Of a DNA stretch of 64,000 nt, positions 51,301-63,234 are shown piece by piece. A program made the translations under genes and the position numbers. Source of the stretch: Azolla caroliniana (Eukaryota; Plantae; Polypodiophyta); contig JBHGNT010000022.1 in the NCBI GenBank assembly GCA_043228905.1, positions 1,426,001 to 1,490,000 on the forward strand. Direction: 5' to 3'. The notes under the pieces are model-generated. The model saw only the letters and a list, made by a program, of their open reading frames with translations. It was not told the origin of the DNA and did not search any database. How positions within the stretch are numbered: the first letter of the stretch is position 1; the number at the start of each line of letters is the position of its first letter.

Positions 51301-52665
51301 GGAATCATCGGACAATAAAGAGAAGAGAGCCGAGATCCGAAGTAAGAAGCGGCAAGTCCGAAAGTTCTTCTTGAAAAATGGATTAATATGGAGGGAGCCG
51401 AAAAGACCGTATGGCATACCACTTCGGGTAGTCGAGACGAAAGAGCAACGAAACCGGATAATGTCCGAATTTCACGAATCCGATTGGGCTGGACATCGAG
51501 GAACATGGGCAACTTTTGTGAAAATCAAACAAAAATATTGGTGGAAGAACATGTACAAAGATATAGCGGAGTTTACCGAAAGCTGCGAGAAGTGTCAAAT
51601 CTACTCCGGAGTTCGACACCGAGATGAGTTACATCCAACATTGTCACCGGCAATCAAATTCAAATGGATGGTCGATATTGTAGCCATGCCAACCGAGATC
51701 GAACAAAAGAAGTACTTGGTGTTAGCTCGGGAAGATCTCACAAACCAATTAGAAGGTCGGGCGCTACGGAGGAAAACGTGTTTTGCGGTATGCCAATTCC
51801 TTTTGGAAGAAGTGTTTTGCAGGTACGGGTCTGTAGGAGAAGTGATTGCGGATCGGGGAGAACTCGACTCTGATAAAGCTATAGAATTCTTCACCAAACA
51901 TGGAGTTTGGTTAACACTGACAACGGCATACAATCCGGAAGCCAACGGGAAGATCGAACGAGGACATAGTCCGATCGTCAAAGCACTTGCGAAGGCATGC
52001 GATGGAAGGGTGAAGGATTGGCCGCAGATGCTTCCGTATGCACTATGGGCGGATCGGACGACGCATAGCTCATGACGACAGAACTCATGACCGGACAAGC
52101 ACCGGTAATGCCAACGGAAACCGCGATCACAACATGGACAGTGCTACCGTGGAAGGAAGAGATGAGCCGAGAAGAACTACTAGCGGTTCAGATACGACAA
52201 CTAGAGGGAAGACCGGAAGACATAGCGGAAGCAATAAGCCGACAACAAGAAGCGCGATTCCGGAATAAAAGCCGGTTTGACACAAAGCACCGACTACGAC
52301 CGCGGAAGATTGAAGAAGGAGATTGGGTGATTGTCAACGACAGTAATTTGGATCATCAACATACAACGATGCGGAAGTTCGCGGAAAGGTGGTTCGGGCC
52401 ATACGAGGTTCGGAAAGTTTTCGGCAACGGAACTTACCGACTATGCGAGTTGGATGGAACGATGCTATGAGTGCCTATAGCCGGGAAAAGGGTGAAGATT
52501 TTCAAGAACCGGACTGATGAAGAACCCTATGTGATCCTAGACAAGACCGACAAGAAGGAGCAATCGGACGAAGATCGCTGGGATGCGGAAAGCGAAGAAA
52601 GTGGATTACAACTCGTAGTCGACTTAAGGGGAGAATCGGAGGAAGCTTCGGATAAAGGTGAATAG
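48369..52665 (+). pseudogene. pol: Gypsy G gag end, protease, RT, RNase H, integrase (degenerate)
   Basis: LIDHGSEIN, WNLKPIPVP, PFLDDIPIKG, WAGHRGTWAT, IADRGEL, YNPEANGKIERGH, WFGPYEV. Confidence 0.9.
49202..49265 (+). promoter_or_regulatory. Predicted -1 programmed ribosomal frameshift signal (slippery site and pseudoknot)
   Basis: G_GAT_TTT_TAG ends the protease ORF. 6-nt spacer, stem 49215-24/49236-45, loop GTGGGG pairs with CCCCAC 49260-65. The -1 frame is open into RT. Confidence 0.75.
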
Positions 52666-53784
52666 CAAGCATCGGGGACTTCGGCACATAGCGGAGGATG
52701 TGTGGGTTCGGAGGGGGCGAGTGTCGTAGTGTGAATCACACACTACGTGAAATATGTAAAATACTATATCCGATTTAAAGTACGTATAATAAATAAAATA
52801 AAATAATAAAAAGAACTCGTGCACATCTAGCGAGTATGAGCACTATATTCAGGAAATAAAAGCATAGTGTAAAAAGGCAACCCATGCACATTTAATGTGC
52901 ATGAACACTTTAGAAAAAGCATGAAGCTATGCTTAGCCACTTCCATCCTTATATAAGGAGGAGAGAAAGATGTATGGGGGGTTGTTGCTTATTTTACAAG
53001 GGTGGATTAATATAATATAATCGTGGGATTCACGAATTGGCTAACTATTTTTCTCTCTTAATCTGAGTACTCACTAATACACTATACTCGTGGGATTCAC
53101 GAGTTTTTCATATCTTTCTTCCTTACAACATATTTCATATTCTACATTGCCTTAGAATTTTCTTTTCTCCTAGTCCAAAACCCCAGCGGTTCCCACCCGA
53201 CTCACGCAACGATCCGAAGTTGAAAGGCACGACAGCATATGTGCCCGTGGCGAACGAGAAACAGAGGAAGCTAGACGTGAAAGCCGAGAAGTGTATCTTG
53301 GTCAGCTATCTGGATGAGCAGAAGGGTTATAAGTGTTATAACCCACGCACCAAACAAGTGCGCGTGAGCCCCGACTATTAGAGACATAGACTAATGTAAG
53401 CATTAGATAAGGATAGAATATAGATGACTAGATAGATCTAGATAGAGAAGAGAGAGAGAAAGAAGGGTGTCGATCGACCCAACCACCCCCGAGCAAAGGG
53501 ATCAAGACGGACTCGAGCCGCGATTGGCGTCCCATAACACCGTAGTGGCGTCGAGTCGTACCTGGTGCTGGCGCGCTCGCTACAAGAGTTGACCCACCAC
53601 AAGATAGAGTCTCGATGTAGTCAACAAGATCATCAAATGAGGGTAGCTAGGCCTCTTATTTATAGCGATACCCAAGGCCCTCAGGCAAGTTCACACTTGG
53701 CCTAATGGGTTGTCTCAATCCCGAGGATTTAAAAGTAATCCTCCCCTTCTTTACACTCTCGTTTAACCATCACACTTATCCACA

Positions 53785-56700
53785 TATCTTGCATATCCCG
53801 AAGAAAGTTTTGCGTACTTCGCAACTCATCATGATGTATATTAACATCAATCAGGGCTCGTGGCTGAAAACCATACATCAACATAAAAGGACTATATCCC
53901 GTCGACGTATGCTTGGAGTTGTTATAAGCAAACTCCAGAATTGGGAGATAACGTTCCCATTTTGTTGGTTTTGTACCAACGTATGCTCGAAGCATGTCCT
54001 CAATAATTTGATTTACTCGTTCTATCTATCCATCGGATTGAGGATGATCCGTGGAACTCATGCTCAACGTAGTTTCTAACTTCTTAATGACTTGTGTCCA
54101 GAAGTCACTAGTAAACTTTGGATCTCGATCATTCACGATATCCATCGGTAACCCATAAAAACGAAATAACTCGTCAACGAATTGGTAAGCCAATTCAGGA
54201 GCTGTTACCGTGGTTTTAATAGCAATAAATCTAGCCATTTTAGTTAGTCTATCAACCACAACCAGATGGCATCATGGCCTTTTTGGGTGCGAGGAAGGCT
54301 AACAATAAAATCCATGGATATACTTTCCCACTTATTATTGGGAATGTCCAAGGGATGTAAAAGTCCTGCGTCTTTAAGTCGCTCGGCTTTGTTAACCTGA
54401 CATTGGTAACATTTAGTCACATAGATATGTATGTCAGGACGCATCTTAGGCCAATAAAATTGAGTGGAGATGACAACGAGTGTATGATGTATTCCAAGGT
54501 GCCCTGTTGAGGGTGCACCATGGCATTCAAAAAGAATCCTCTTTTGACCTCGGGTAAATCTGGAACACAAACCTTCCCATTACGGTAGAGCAGACCGTTA
54601 GCAATGTGGAAGTATTCCTTCGAGGATGTGGTGGTGTCTGTTCCAGACTCAACTCTTGCCCAGTATTTTGCAAAATAACTGTCATCAGGATACTTTCCTC
54701 GAAGGTGATCATAAAGATCTGATGTTATTTCAGTGAAGCTAAGCATGTTAACTTCACGGCTGCGACTTAGTGCATCAACGACAGTATTCATGGAACCTTT
54801 ACGATATCGTATGGAAAAATCAAAGTCCTGGATGAGATCAGCCCATCATGCCTTACGACCTTTCAGGTCTTGTTGGTCACAAAAATATTTCAAGGACTCG
54901 TGGTCCGTAGTTACCACAAAGCGTTTTCCATAAAGATAATGGCGCCATGTTTTGAGCTCATGTATAACTGCAAATAATTCATTTTCTTGAATAGTATACC
55001 AACATTGAGCAGAATTAAGTTTCTTACTCTCAAATGTTATTGGTTTACCATCTTGATATAAGACAGCACCTATAGCATAATCGCTTGCATCGGTTTCAAC
55101 CTCAAAAGGTTTTGAAGGATCGGGTAAAAGAAGTGAAGGAGCCTTGCACACCAGGTCCTTGAGTTCCTTAAAGGCGAGGTCTAGTGTAGCATTCCAGACA
55201 ATAGGTTTTGTAGACTTACGCGTTTGACCTTTTAAAAGATCAGTAAACGGCGTCATCAATTGGGAGTAATTACAAAGGGATTTTCACAAAAACCCGACAA
55301 AACCAAGGAATGATCGAACTTCTCGAATATTCCGAAGAGTGGGCCAAAGCTTGATTTTCTCGATGCGAGAAGGATCAATTTCAACTCCTCGTTCGGTTAT
55401 GAGATGTCCAAGATAAGTAATTGATTTTTTGAAGAGCTCACATTTTGAGATCTTCGCGTAAAACTGTTTGTCACGCAATGTTTGTAAAACAAAGCGGACA
55501 TGTTTAGCATGTTCTTGTAATGTACGGCTATAAACTAAAATATCATCCAAGAAAATAACGACAAATTTTCCAAGTTGTTCTCAGAAAATGACATTCATTT
55601 CTTGTTGAAATGTTGCCGGAGCATTGGTCAAGCCAAAAGGCATAACCAAAAACTCATAATGGCCATAGCGCGTACGAAATGCCCTTTTAGGAACATCGTC
55701 CTCACTTATACGGATTTGATTGTAGCCAATACGGAGATCAAGTTTCGTAAAATACCGAGCTCTCTGGAGACGGTCAATTAGATCGTCAACCCGGGGCAAT
55801 GAATATGAATTCTTGATCGTCACTTTATTCAAGCATCGGTAATTAATACACATACGCCATGTGCCCTCCCTCTTTCTTTTTAATCAAGAGAACCGGTGCA
55901 CCCCATGGAGATTTACTATAACGTATATAACCCATTTGTAAATAGTCCTTGAGTTGCTTAGATACCTCATCCTCTTCGGATCGACTTAAGCGATAAGGAG
56001 GTATACTTATTGGTGCAACGCTAGGTACAATATCTATACGATGGTCTATATTACATTTAGGAGGTAAACCATCTGGTAGTTCACTCGGAAAAACATCACG
56101 AAAATCATTTAAGATTTCATCAAGTTGTTGTTGTTCAAAATATGTTAATTGAACCGAGACATTATCGATATTGTAAACGTGAATGTCCGGATCAAGTACA
56201 CAATCAAATAGAGTAGAAGAAGACAACTCGGATATTGATGGACACGAGGAAACAATCGAGAGGGATTGTTTTTTGACACATTGAATAAAATGAGTACAAT
56301 CGTTCAGTACAAAAGTTATTGAATGATGAACCCAATCAATAAATAAAGAAGAGTTTTTATTATAAAACCAGGGATAACCTAGTATTACATCAGTGGTACA
56401 CAGATTCATTACATGGAAGTCTACTTCCTCTATATAAGTATCAATAGAAATTCCTAATGAATGAATCGCCCCATTGATGTATTGTACTCTTCCATCAGCC
56501 AAGTGCACCGTATAGGTGTGATCACTTATGGTGGGTTGGATTCCCCATATCTGAACCAAACGATCATTCACAAAGTTGTGTGAGCTTCCCGAATCAAATA
56601 AAAATTGTACGGGAGATCCATTGATATACCCGTTTGCACGTAGTAAATCATTGGGACCCAATACATAGTAAGGGAAAGAACATTGACAATTACTTAAATG

Positions 56701-57669
56701 ATATCTATAGACCTGAAGGGCATTAGGAATCTGACCTTTATGGTCTGCAGCTTTAGCTTTGTTGTCGTGCTCTTTTCGTTGGAGCTTTCGACATTGCTCT
56801 TTTGTATGACCCTTCCTTTTGTAGAATACGCAAAAAGGATGTTTTTGCTTACAATCGTGATCCATGAATTTGTTGAGTGTCTTGCGTTTCCCAGCGAATT
56901 GCGATTGCTTAGTCCTGGGCACTTCGTTGGGTTTGTTGTGGTCCTTCTTCGAAGTGCATTGAAAGCGAAGAACTATTTCAATGGCCTCTTCGAAGGATTT
57001 TGGATCCTTATCGTGCACTATCCAATAATAGTCCGAATAGGGGATGCCATTGACAAAACAAGCTATTAACCAGTTGTCCCCTTCTAGACCTGATTTTTGG
57101 ATTTGGGTTCTAGCATGGTGGACATAGTCTTCTAGCGAGGAAAATTCCCAACTAGAGAGGTTCATTAAAGCTTGTGCTGCCTCGGTTCGAGAGGGAGGTT
57201 GCAGAAATTGGCCCTTGAAAACTGTGACAAAATCTGTCCAGGTATCGGGAAATTTCCCCAAAGTACGGAGCCCACACCACTAGGTGACGACCTTACCCCC
57301 TAGTTCTCGGCCGACATATGAAATCTTCGTACTATCTTGCGTGGGATAGAGCTCAAAATGAGACTCCCATCGACCCAGCCACGTGCAGATTGCTTCCTCG
57401 GTTCTTTCCTTTTTGTCTCCCGTAAATGGCTTAACGACAAACAATGGTTCACCCTGTCGCTCATCAGGTCTATTAGTCTCACGTTGTAGACTAATGAAAT
57501 GTGCCTCGAGAGCACTTTGAGATTGCCGAAGTTCGGTCATCTATTGAGCGGTGAAACTAAGGTATTGGGTTATTTGCGAAAAATACATCTCAATGGACAT
57601 TTGTCCATGAGGATTCCCTTGAGTTCCTTCCGCTTGAGCGGATGACATTGGGTCGTTATTTTGAGCCAT
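53785..57669 (-). pseudogene. gag-pol: Gypsy H gag-pol (gag, PR, RT, RNase H, INT) with stops and frameshifts
   Basis: [77 protein letters not shown]. Confidence 0.92.
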
Positions 57670-58856
57670 TAAATGATTATTTCTAGAAAAGAAATAGGAT
57701 AAGGTCAGAGAGATAGTCATAACATCATGTCGTGATGTAAACATATCATGGGCGAACATTAATCGATATCATTATCTCACGTCAATACCCCTCTAGACGT
57801 ATGAGATGAGGTTCAAGATCATGTTACTATGGTAACACAAAGGTGTTTTAAAAACCATGGGGGTGACAAATAAATGTCTTTCCCTTATCTCTATATCGAT
57901 TTTTTCATGGCGGTTCCTCGAGGCTCAACCATGTATGTTCACATCATGAATAGTTTATACACGAAAAAAATGTTAACAATAAACTATGTTTTGGTGCCCA
58001 CATATGTGGTTTCGACTCTTTAAGTCCTATTACAAGGACCCCGAAGCGCACTTAGACCTCAAGTCTAAACATGTGTTATAGTCATATCAACGATGTTGTA
58101 TGGTCTTGGTCATATTTGAACCCAAGACCTCGAGAACAAATACATTAAAAACTTGAGCCAACCAAGTAGATTGCTCTTCTTTGAATGTTTAATGTTTCAT
58201 GCGTATAAGAGATATGCAAGGCATTTGCCCATATATGTTTTTCTAAAAGAAACATATATGTCAAGAGTCCTTATTTCGATCTCATTTACTACAACTATGT
58301 TGGTACGTTACCTAACCTCAAGTCTCATAATTACGATGGCATACGCCAAAGTGCAACCTAATGGTCAAGCCAAATGAGCCCTCTTTTCGTAGTAGGTCCA
58401 CGTGGCCCATCACATGGTCACGTCATTACGAATTCCTCTCGTAAGAAGGATCTCATGGTGGTATCGTATCCATGTAATGAGGAAAGGATGTTGGATATGT
58501 GTGTCATAAGAGCAACCTCACATGAAGTGGGTCAAGCCCTACGTACTCAACATCATTATGGCTATTGGCGTTTCTTTACATAACGAAATATCGAAGTCAC
58601 CATTGGGGATTTCAACAATAAAAAATTGTTGAAAAAAGGGATGGTGACAACGCTATTCTCATAAAAATGTGAGGACGGCCACCAAGATCCTTTCCCCGAA
58701 AAGGAAAACATTCGATTTAAAATCACGTCATAACTTATATACACATATGTATATTATCACATATATACAATCAACTACGTATACACGTGACCACATATGC
58801 CTATATTAAAAAAATCGTTATATTTAATAGCAAAAAATAACGTAATCGAGATACAT

Positions 58857-59116
58857 AATCGAGGCATATACCTCTACGCACACGAGACATCCAAAAATAA
58901 GGGTTAATCGTAATACGCAATTGAGGTATTGACCTCTTACGCATACGAGACCAAACGCATATCATTTACAACGAATCGAGGTATTGACCTCATACGCAAA
59001 CGTAACATATGTTTGTGAACGTAATACGCAATTGAGGTATTAACCTCGTTCGCATACGACACTCATCACATATTCAATATACGTCAAATGAGGTATTGAC
59101 CTCATACACATATGTA
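58857..59116. repeat. Five regularly spaced hairpin repeats (GAGGT-ATTG-ACCTC) in the 5' leader of Gypsy H
   Basis: Cores at 58861, 58923, 58978, 59034 and 59090 (spacing 62, 55, 56, 56) with dissimilar linkers. Confidence 0.8.
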
Positions 59117-59831
59117 AACTTTTTATACAACCAATGAATTACCACTACAAAATCATTGAATTAATGAAAAAAATCTACATATTAACCATACACATTATAA
59201 GATGGGAGAAGAAAAAATAGACAAAAAAAAACAAGAAAGATTACCGAAGTTCCTTTGTTGATCCTTGTCTGCATGAAGGCCGACCGCACGTAGATCAATT
59301 GCCATCAATCAAAAACACAAAACACAACAAAAGAAACATTAGAAAATGAGCTCGGATACCAACTATTAGAGACATAGACTAATGTGAGCATTAGATAAGG
59401 ATAGAATATAGATGACTAGATAGATCTAGATAGAGAGGAGAAAGAGAAAGAAGGGTGCCGATCCACCCGACCACCCCCGAGCGAAGGGATCGAGACGGAC
59501 TCAAGCCTCGATCGGCGTCCCATACCACCGTCGTGGTGTCGAGTCGTACCTGTTGCTAGCGCGCTCGCTACAAGAGTGGACCCACCACAAGATAGAGTCT
59601 CGACGTAGTCAACAAGATCATCAAATGAGGGTAGCTAGGCCTCTTATTTATAGTGATACCCCAAGGCCCCCAAGCGAGTTCACACTTGGCCTAATGGGTT
59701 GTCTCAATCCCGAGGATTTAAAAGTAATCCTCCCCTTCTTTACACTCTCGTTTAACCCTCACACTTATCCACGTGTATAGAATACTACGGTAATTCTTAC
59801 CACGGGATATTATATGGTCATGCCCGTAACA

Positions 59832-62562
59832 GCGATGTTGTGTTTGACGAGTCCACATCCTGGTACTTGCCTCCGACTCCGGACCTCACCTCCAATCCTA
59901 TTTCTGAAGAAGAAATCAGCGAGGCTGAAATGCCTCCACACGATGAAGAAATCGGAGCTCTGAGAGAGAGTCCAATCTCATTTCAACTAAGCGAGTCGAA
60001 TGAGGTGTTCGGCCGAGATGACCACCCAGATGATGAGACGGTGAGTAGTGGAGACTCGGTTGTGATGTCCCCGTGTAAAGAACCGAGGAGACGATTTACG
60101 CGCAAGGAGAAGGGGAAGAAGAAGTCGCCAGAATACGATTTCTGTAGTGCCGAGTCAGTTCGAAGCGAATCTGACCTCGAGCCAGTCGAGAAGGAACCTC
60201 CACAGAAGAGGTCGAAATCGACTGAAAAGGTCACGAAATTGGGTAATCACGAATTACGTCGATCCACCCGCCAGAAGAACCCCGTAAAGAGATACGGGTA
60301 TAATGAGTACATGGCGCACCATTACACGTACATGACACGAGTGGCGGAAGTGCGTGAGTCGGAGAGCTACGCAGAAGCGGCAAAGGACGCAAATTGGCGT
60401 GCCGCAATGGAGGAAGAGATGCACGCCTTAACGCAGAACGAGACATGGGAGCTAGTTGACACACCGAAGGGTGTGACGCCGATCGGCTGCCGGTGGGTGT
60501 ATAAAGTGAAACACAAGACGGACGGCTCCATCAACCGCTACAAGGCCCATTTAGTAGCAAAAGGCTACGCGCAAAAGCACGGCGTGGACTATGACGAGAC
60601 CTTCGCGCCTATCGCGAAGATGACGACCGTCCGTGTTTTGCTCGCGGTAGCAATGGCAAAGGAGTGGTACTTACATCAAATGGATGTAATGAACGCGTTC
60701 CTGCAAGGTGATCTTAAGGAACAGGTGTACATGGTACAGCCCCCCGGATTTCTATCCGAACAAAACACCTCGGCAGTTTTCCGATTGAAGAAATCCTTGT
60801 ATGGACTAAAGCAAGCCCCGCGATCTTGGAACGCAACGATTACGCAACACTTGCGTAGGATGGGGTTTGCGTCGTCGAAATCGGACTCGTCTCTATTTGT
60901 TCAGCAAGGACAATATGGACCAATCAACCTACTCTTGTACGTTGATGATTTAGTCATCGTCGGTGCTGACCTTGACGAAATCCGCCGCGTGAAGTCTGAG
61001 CTTGTGGCATCGTTTGAAATGAAGGATCTCGGAGACCTTCATTACTTTCTCGGAATCGAAGTGATCTGTACCCCCGAAGGCATATTGATTAGCCAGCGTC
61101 ACCACGCGTTGAATGTGCTCTTCATGTTCGGGATGGCAAACTGTAAGCCCATCTCGACCCCTCTGGATAGAAACGTGAAGGTTCGCCCAGCTTCGGGCAA
61201 GGCGTGCGATCCAACACTGTTCTAACTGATTGTCGGGAGCCTTATCTATTTGACGATTACTCGGCTGGATCTTAGCTACCCCGTCGGCTTAATCAGTCAA
61301 TTTGTTACCCCGTACGAGATGTACGGAGAGTCAAGTGTGATGAGTGAGGGTCGAATGTTATCATGATGTTGTTGTGTATGTGTAGGGGGCATAAATGTAA
61401 TTGTGAGTCTATACGTATGTGAACACATGCACACGTGTGTGCATGTGGATGGATACGAGGAGGTGTGAGTGAGTGTCCAGTATGAATGCTCGAGGGGGCT
61501 TACACCCCTATGTATCTACCCCCTCTTGTACTATTTAACCCCTTATGGGGAATGAATGAAACATGAATAACCATTTCTCTCTCAATCTCTCTCTCTCTCT
61601 CTTCCCCCTTACGTTGAACCCCCTTGGGAGGGGGGTGGAGCCATTCTAGGCACCACTCCCCACCCCGTAATGTTTCTCAATCACTTGTCAACATCGTCAT
61701 GATCTCTCTCACCATCATACTCTCCATCGTCATCACACCCACCATGTCTATTTTTATCATCAATCGTCATGATTATCATAAATGTTAACCCTAACCCTAA
61801 AACCTACAACACAATTCATGTTGCAGCCTATGGCCGAACACTTTCAGTGCGCACAACGAATACTGTGTTATGTCAGCGGCACGAAAGATATGGCGTTATT
61901 TTATCGGGCAAGCGTAGCCGAACAGTTAGTCGGCTACACGGATGCCGATTGGGCCGGAAACGCCAGTGATCATAAATCCACATCTGGATACACATTCTCG
62001 TTAGGAAGTGCGGCGATCACGTGGAGCAGCAAAAAGCAACCGATAGTAGCATTGTCGAGCATGGAGGCCGAATATCGAGGGGAAACTGTCGCTACATGCG
62101 AAGTCATTTTGGCTAAAACGGCTATTACGGGATCTGCATGTAGAGGTGTCTAATCCGACGATGATCTATTGTGACAACCTCAGCAGTATACACCTTGCGA
62201 AGAACCCCGTCTTTCACACCCAGACCAAGCACATTGAGGTGCATTACCACTTTCTCCGCGAGCGGGTCCTTTCAGGTGAAGTCGAACTAGTGCATGTTTC
62301 GAGTGATCGGCAGATTGCCGACATCTTCACAAAGCCTCTTGGTCTCGACAAGTTGCGGCATTTCTCGGGTGCACTTGGGTTGCATCACCTCGACACGCCG
62401 AACTTGAGGGGGATAGAGGAAGATCAGGGACCAGAGGAAGATCAGGGACCAGAGGAAGTTCAAGGACCAGAGCGTGAAAGGAGCGGAGGTAAGCATCACG
62501 GCGGAAGTGACCGAGATGCGGAGTCGGATGGAGAATTCGACTTGAGGGGGAATGTTGAGTGA
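59832..62562 (+). pseudogene. pol: Copia F RT and RNase H, split by a solo LTR at 61303-61811
   Basis: PIGCRWVYKVK, HQMDVMNAFL, LLLYVDDL, GYTDADWAG, TKHIEVHYHF. Confidence 0.92.
61303..61811. mobile_element. Solo LTR (509 bp)
   Basis: TGTT...AACA termini, TSD CAATT (61298-302 / 61812-16). Excision restores F frame ISQFMLQP. Confidence 0.9.
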
Positions 62563-62992
62563 CAAGCTCAACATTGAGTGCGTAATACGGTGCGTAACCC
62601 AGTGCGTAGACTGGGTGTGTAAAATAGTACGCATAACGTGGCTGTATCGGTGCGTAAACCGGAAGCCCGTTAGTATGGTATTCCTCGTAAGGAATAATTT
62701 TGGGAGTTAGTGTTGTAGGCTTACTTATGAGCGGTCAAGTACTGTCAGTACTTGTGTCATCCCTATTGTCAGGGCTTGTATAAAAGGTGCTCACTAAGCA
62801 CGGTGTATGTACAGAACAGAGTATTATTTTTTGAATCTGAGTTTCTGTTATCTGCTCACTGTGTCTCTCCATCTCCATCTCTGCGTTTTCTGTGTTTTAG
62901 CGAACTATCTTATTCTCCCGAACTGTCTTATTCTCCCGAACTGTGTACTCTGTGTCTTACGCACACGCTTCCGCACAACGTATTCTTTTATT

Positions 62993-63234
62993 GTTTCGTT
63001 TTGATAAATTTTAATAATGAATTATCTTCGATAGAATTCTAATTTGAAGTTAGACAATGGATTTGTTGTTGACTTATTGTTTTGTCTTGCTATGTGGGGT
63101 TTTACAAGGAAATGGATCACGGGTTCCTCTTTTTGGCATATTGTCACGTTGTTTAGAAGTCGTGATGTCTAGGATGTTAGTTACAAGGAAATACGATCAC
63201 GGTTTCCTCATGTGTGTGTTGCATGCGTAGTAGG
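62993..63234 (-). repeat. tRNA-Arg satellite, block 3 (spacer and first bases of a B copy)
   Basis: Continues the unit interrupted at 45301 and stops at GCATGCGTAGTAGG. Confidence 0.9.

Larger units (their letters stand above)
47928..53234 (+). mobile_element. Gypsy G: non-chromovirus-type Ty3/Gypsy, 5' LTR 47928-~48368 (3' part, PBS and most of gag deleted), 3' LTR 52722-53234
   Basis: TGTCGT...ACGACA termini, 4-bp TSD GCGT/GCAT, PPT GGAGGGGGCGAG. Excision restores F frame FGSIAYVPV. Confidence 0.92.
53376..59831 (-). mobile_element. Gypsy H: chromovirus-like Ty3/Gypsy, 5' LTR 59364-59831, 3' LTR 53376-~53784 (inner end, PPT and integrase tail deleted)
   Basis: Homologous LTRs, minus-strand PBS TGGTATCCGAGC at 59361-59350, degenerate TSD CCGAC/GCGAT. 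Excision restores F frame VSRDVVFDE. Confidence 0.92.
45302..62992 (+). mobile_element. Copia F (Copia C family), LTRs 45302-45723 and 62553-62992, hosting Gypsy G, Gypsy H and a solo LTR
   Basis: Homologous LTR pair, TSD GTTTC (45297-301 / 62993-97) whose excision restores satellite ACGGTTTCGTTTTGATAA, PBS TGGTATCAGAGC at 45724, PPT GAGGGGGAA before 62553. Confidence 0.93.

Noticed and set aside
58857-59116. True CRISPR array
   Set aside because: Repeats are degenerate, linkers are partly related in alternate units, the array is inside an LTR element leader and there are no cas genes. Kept only as a hairpin array.
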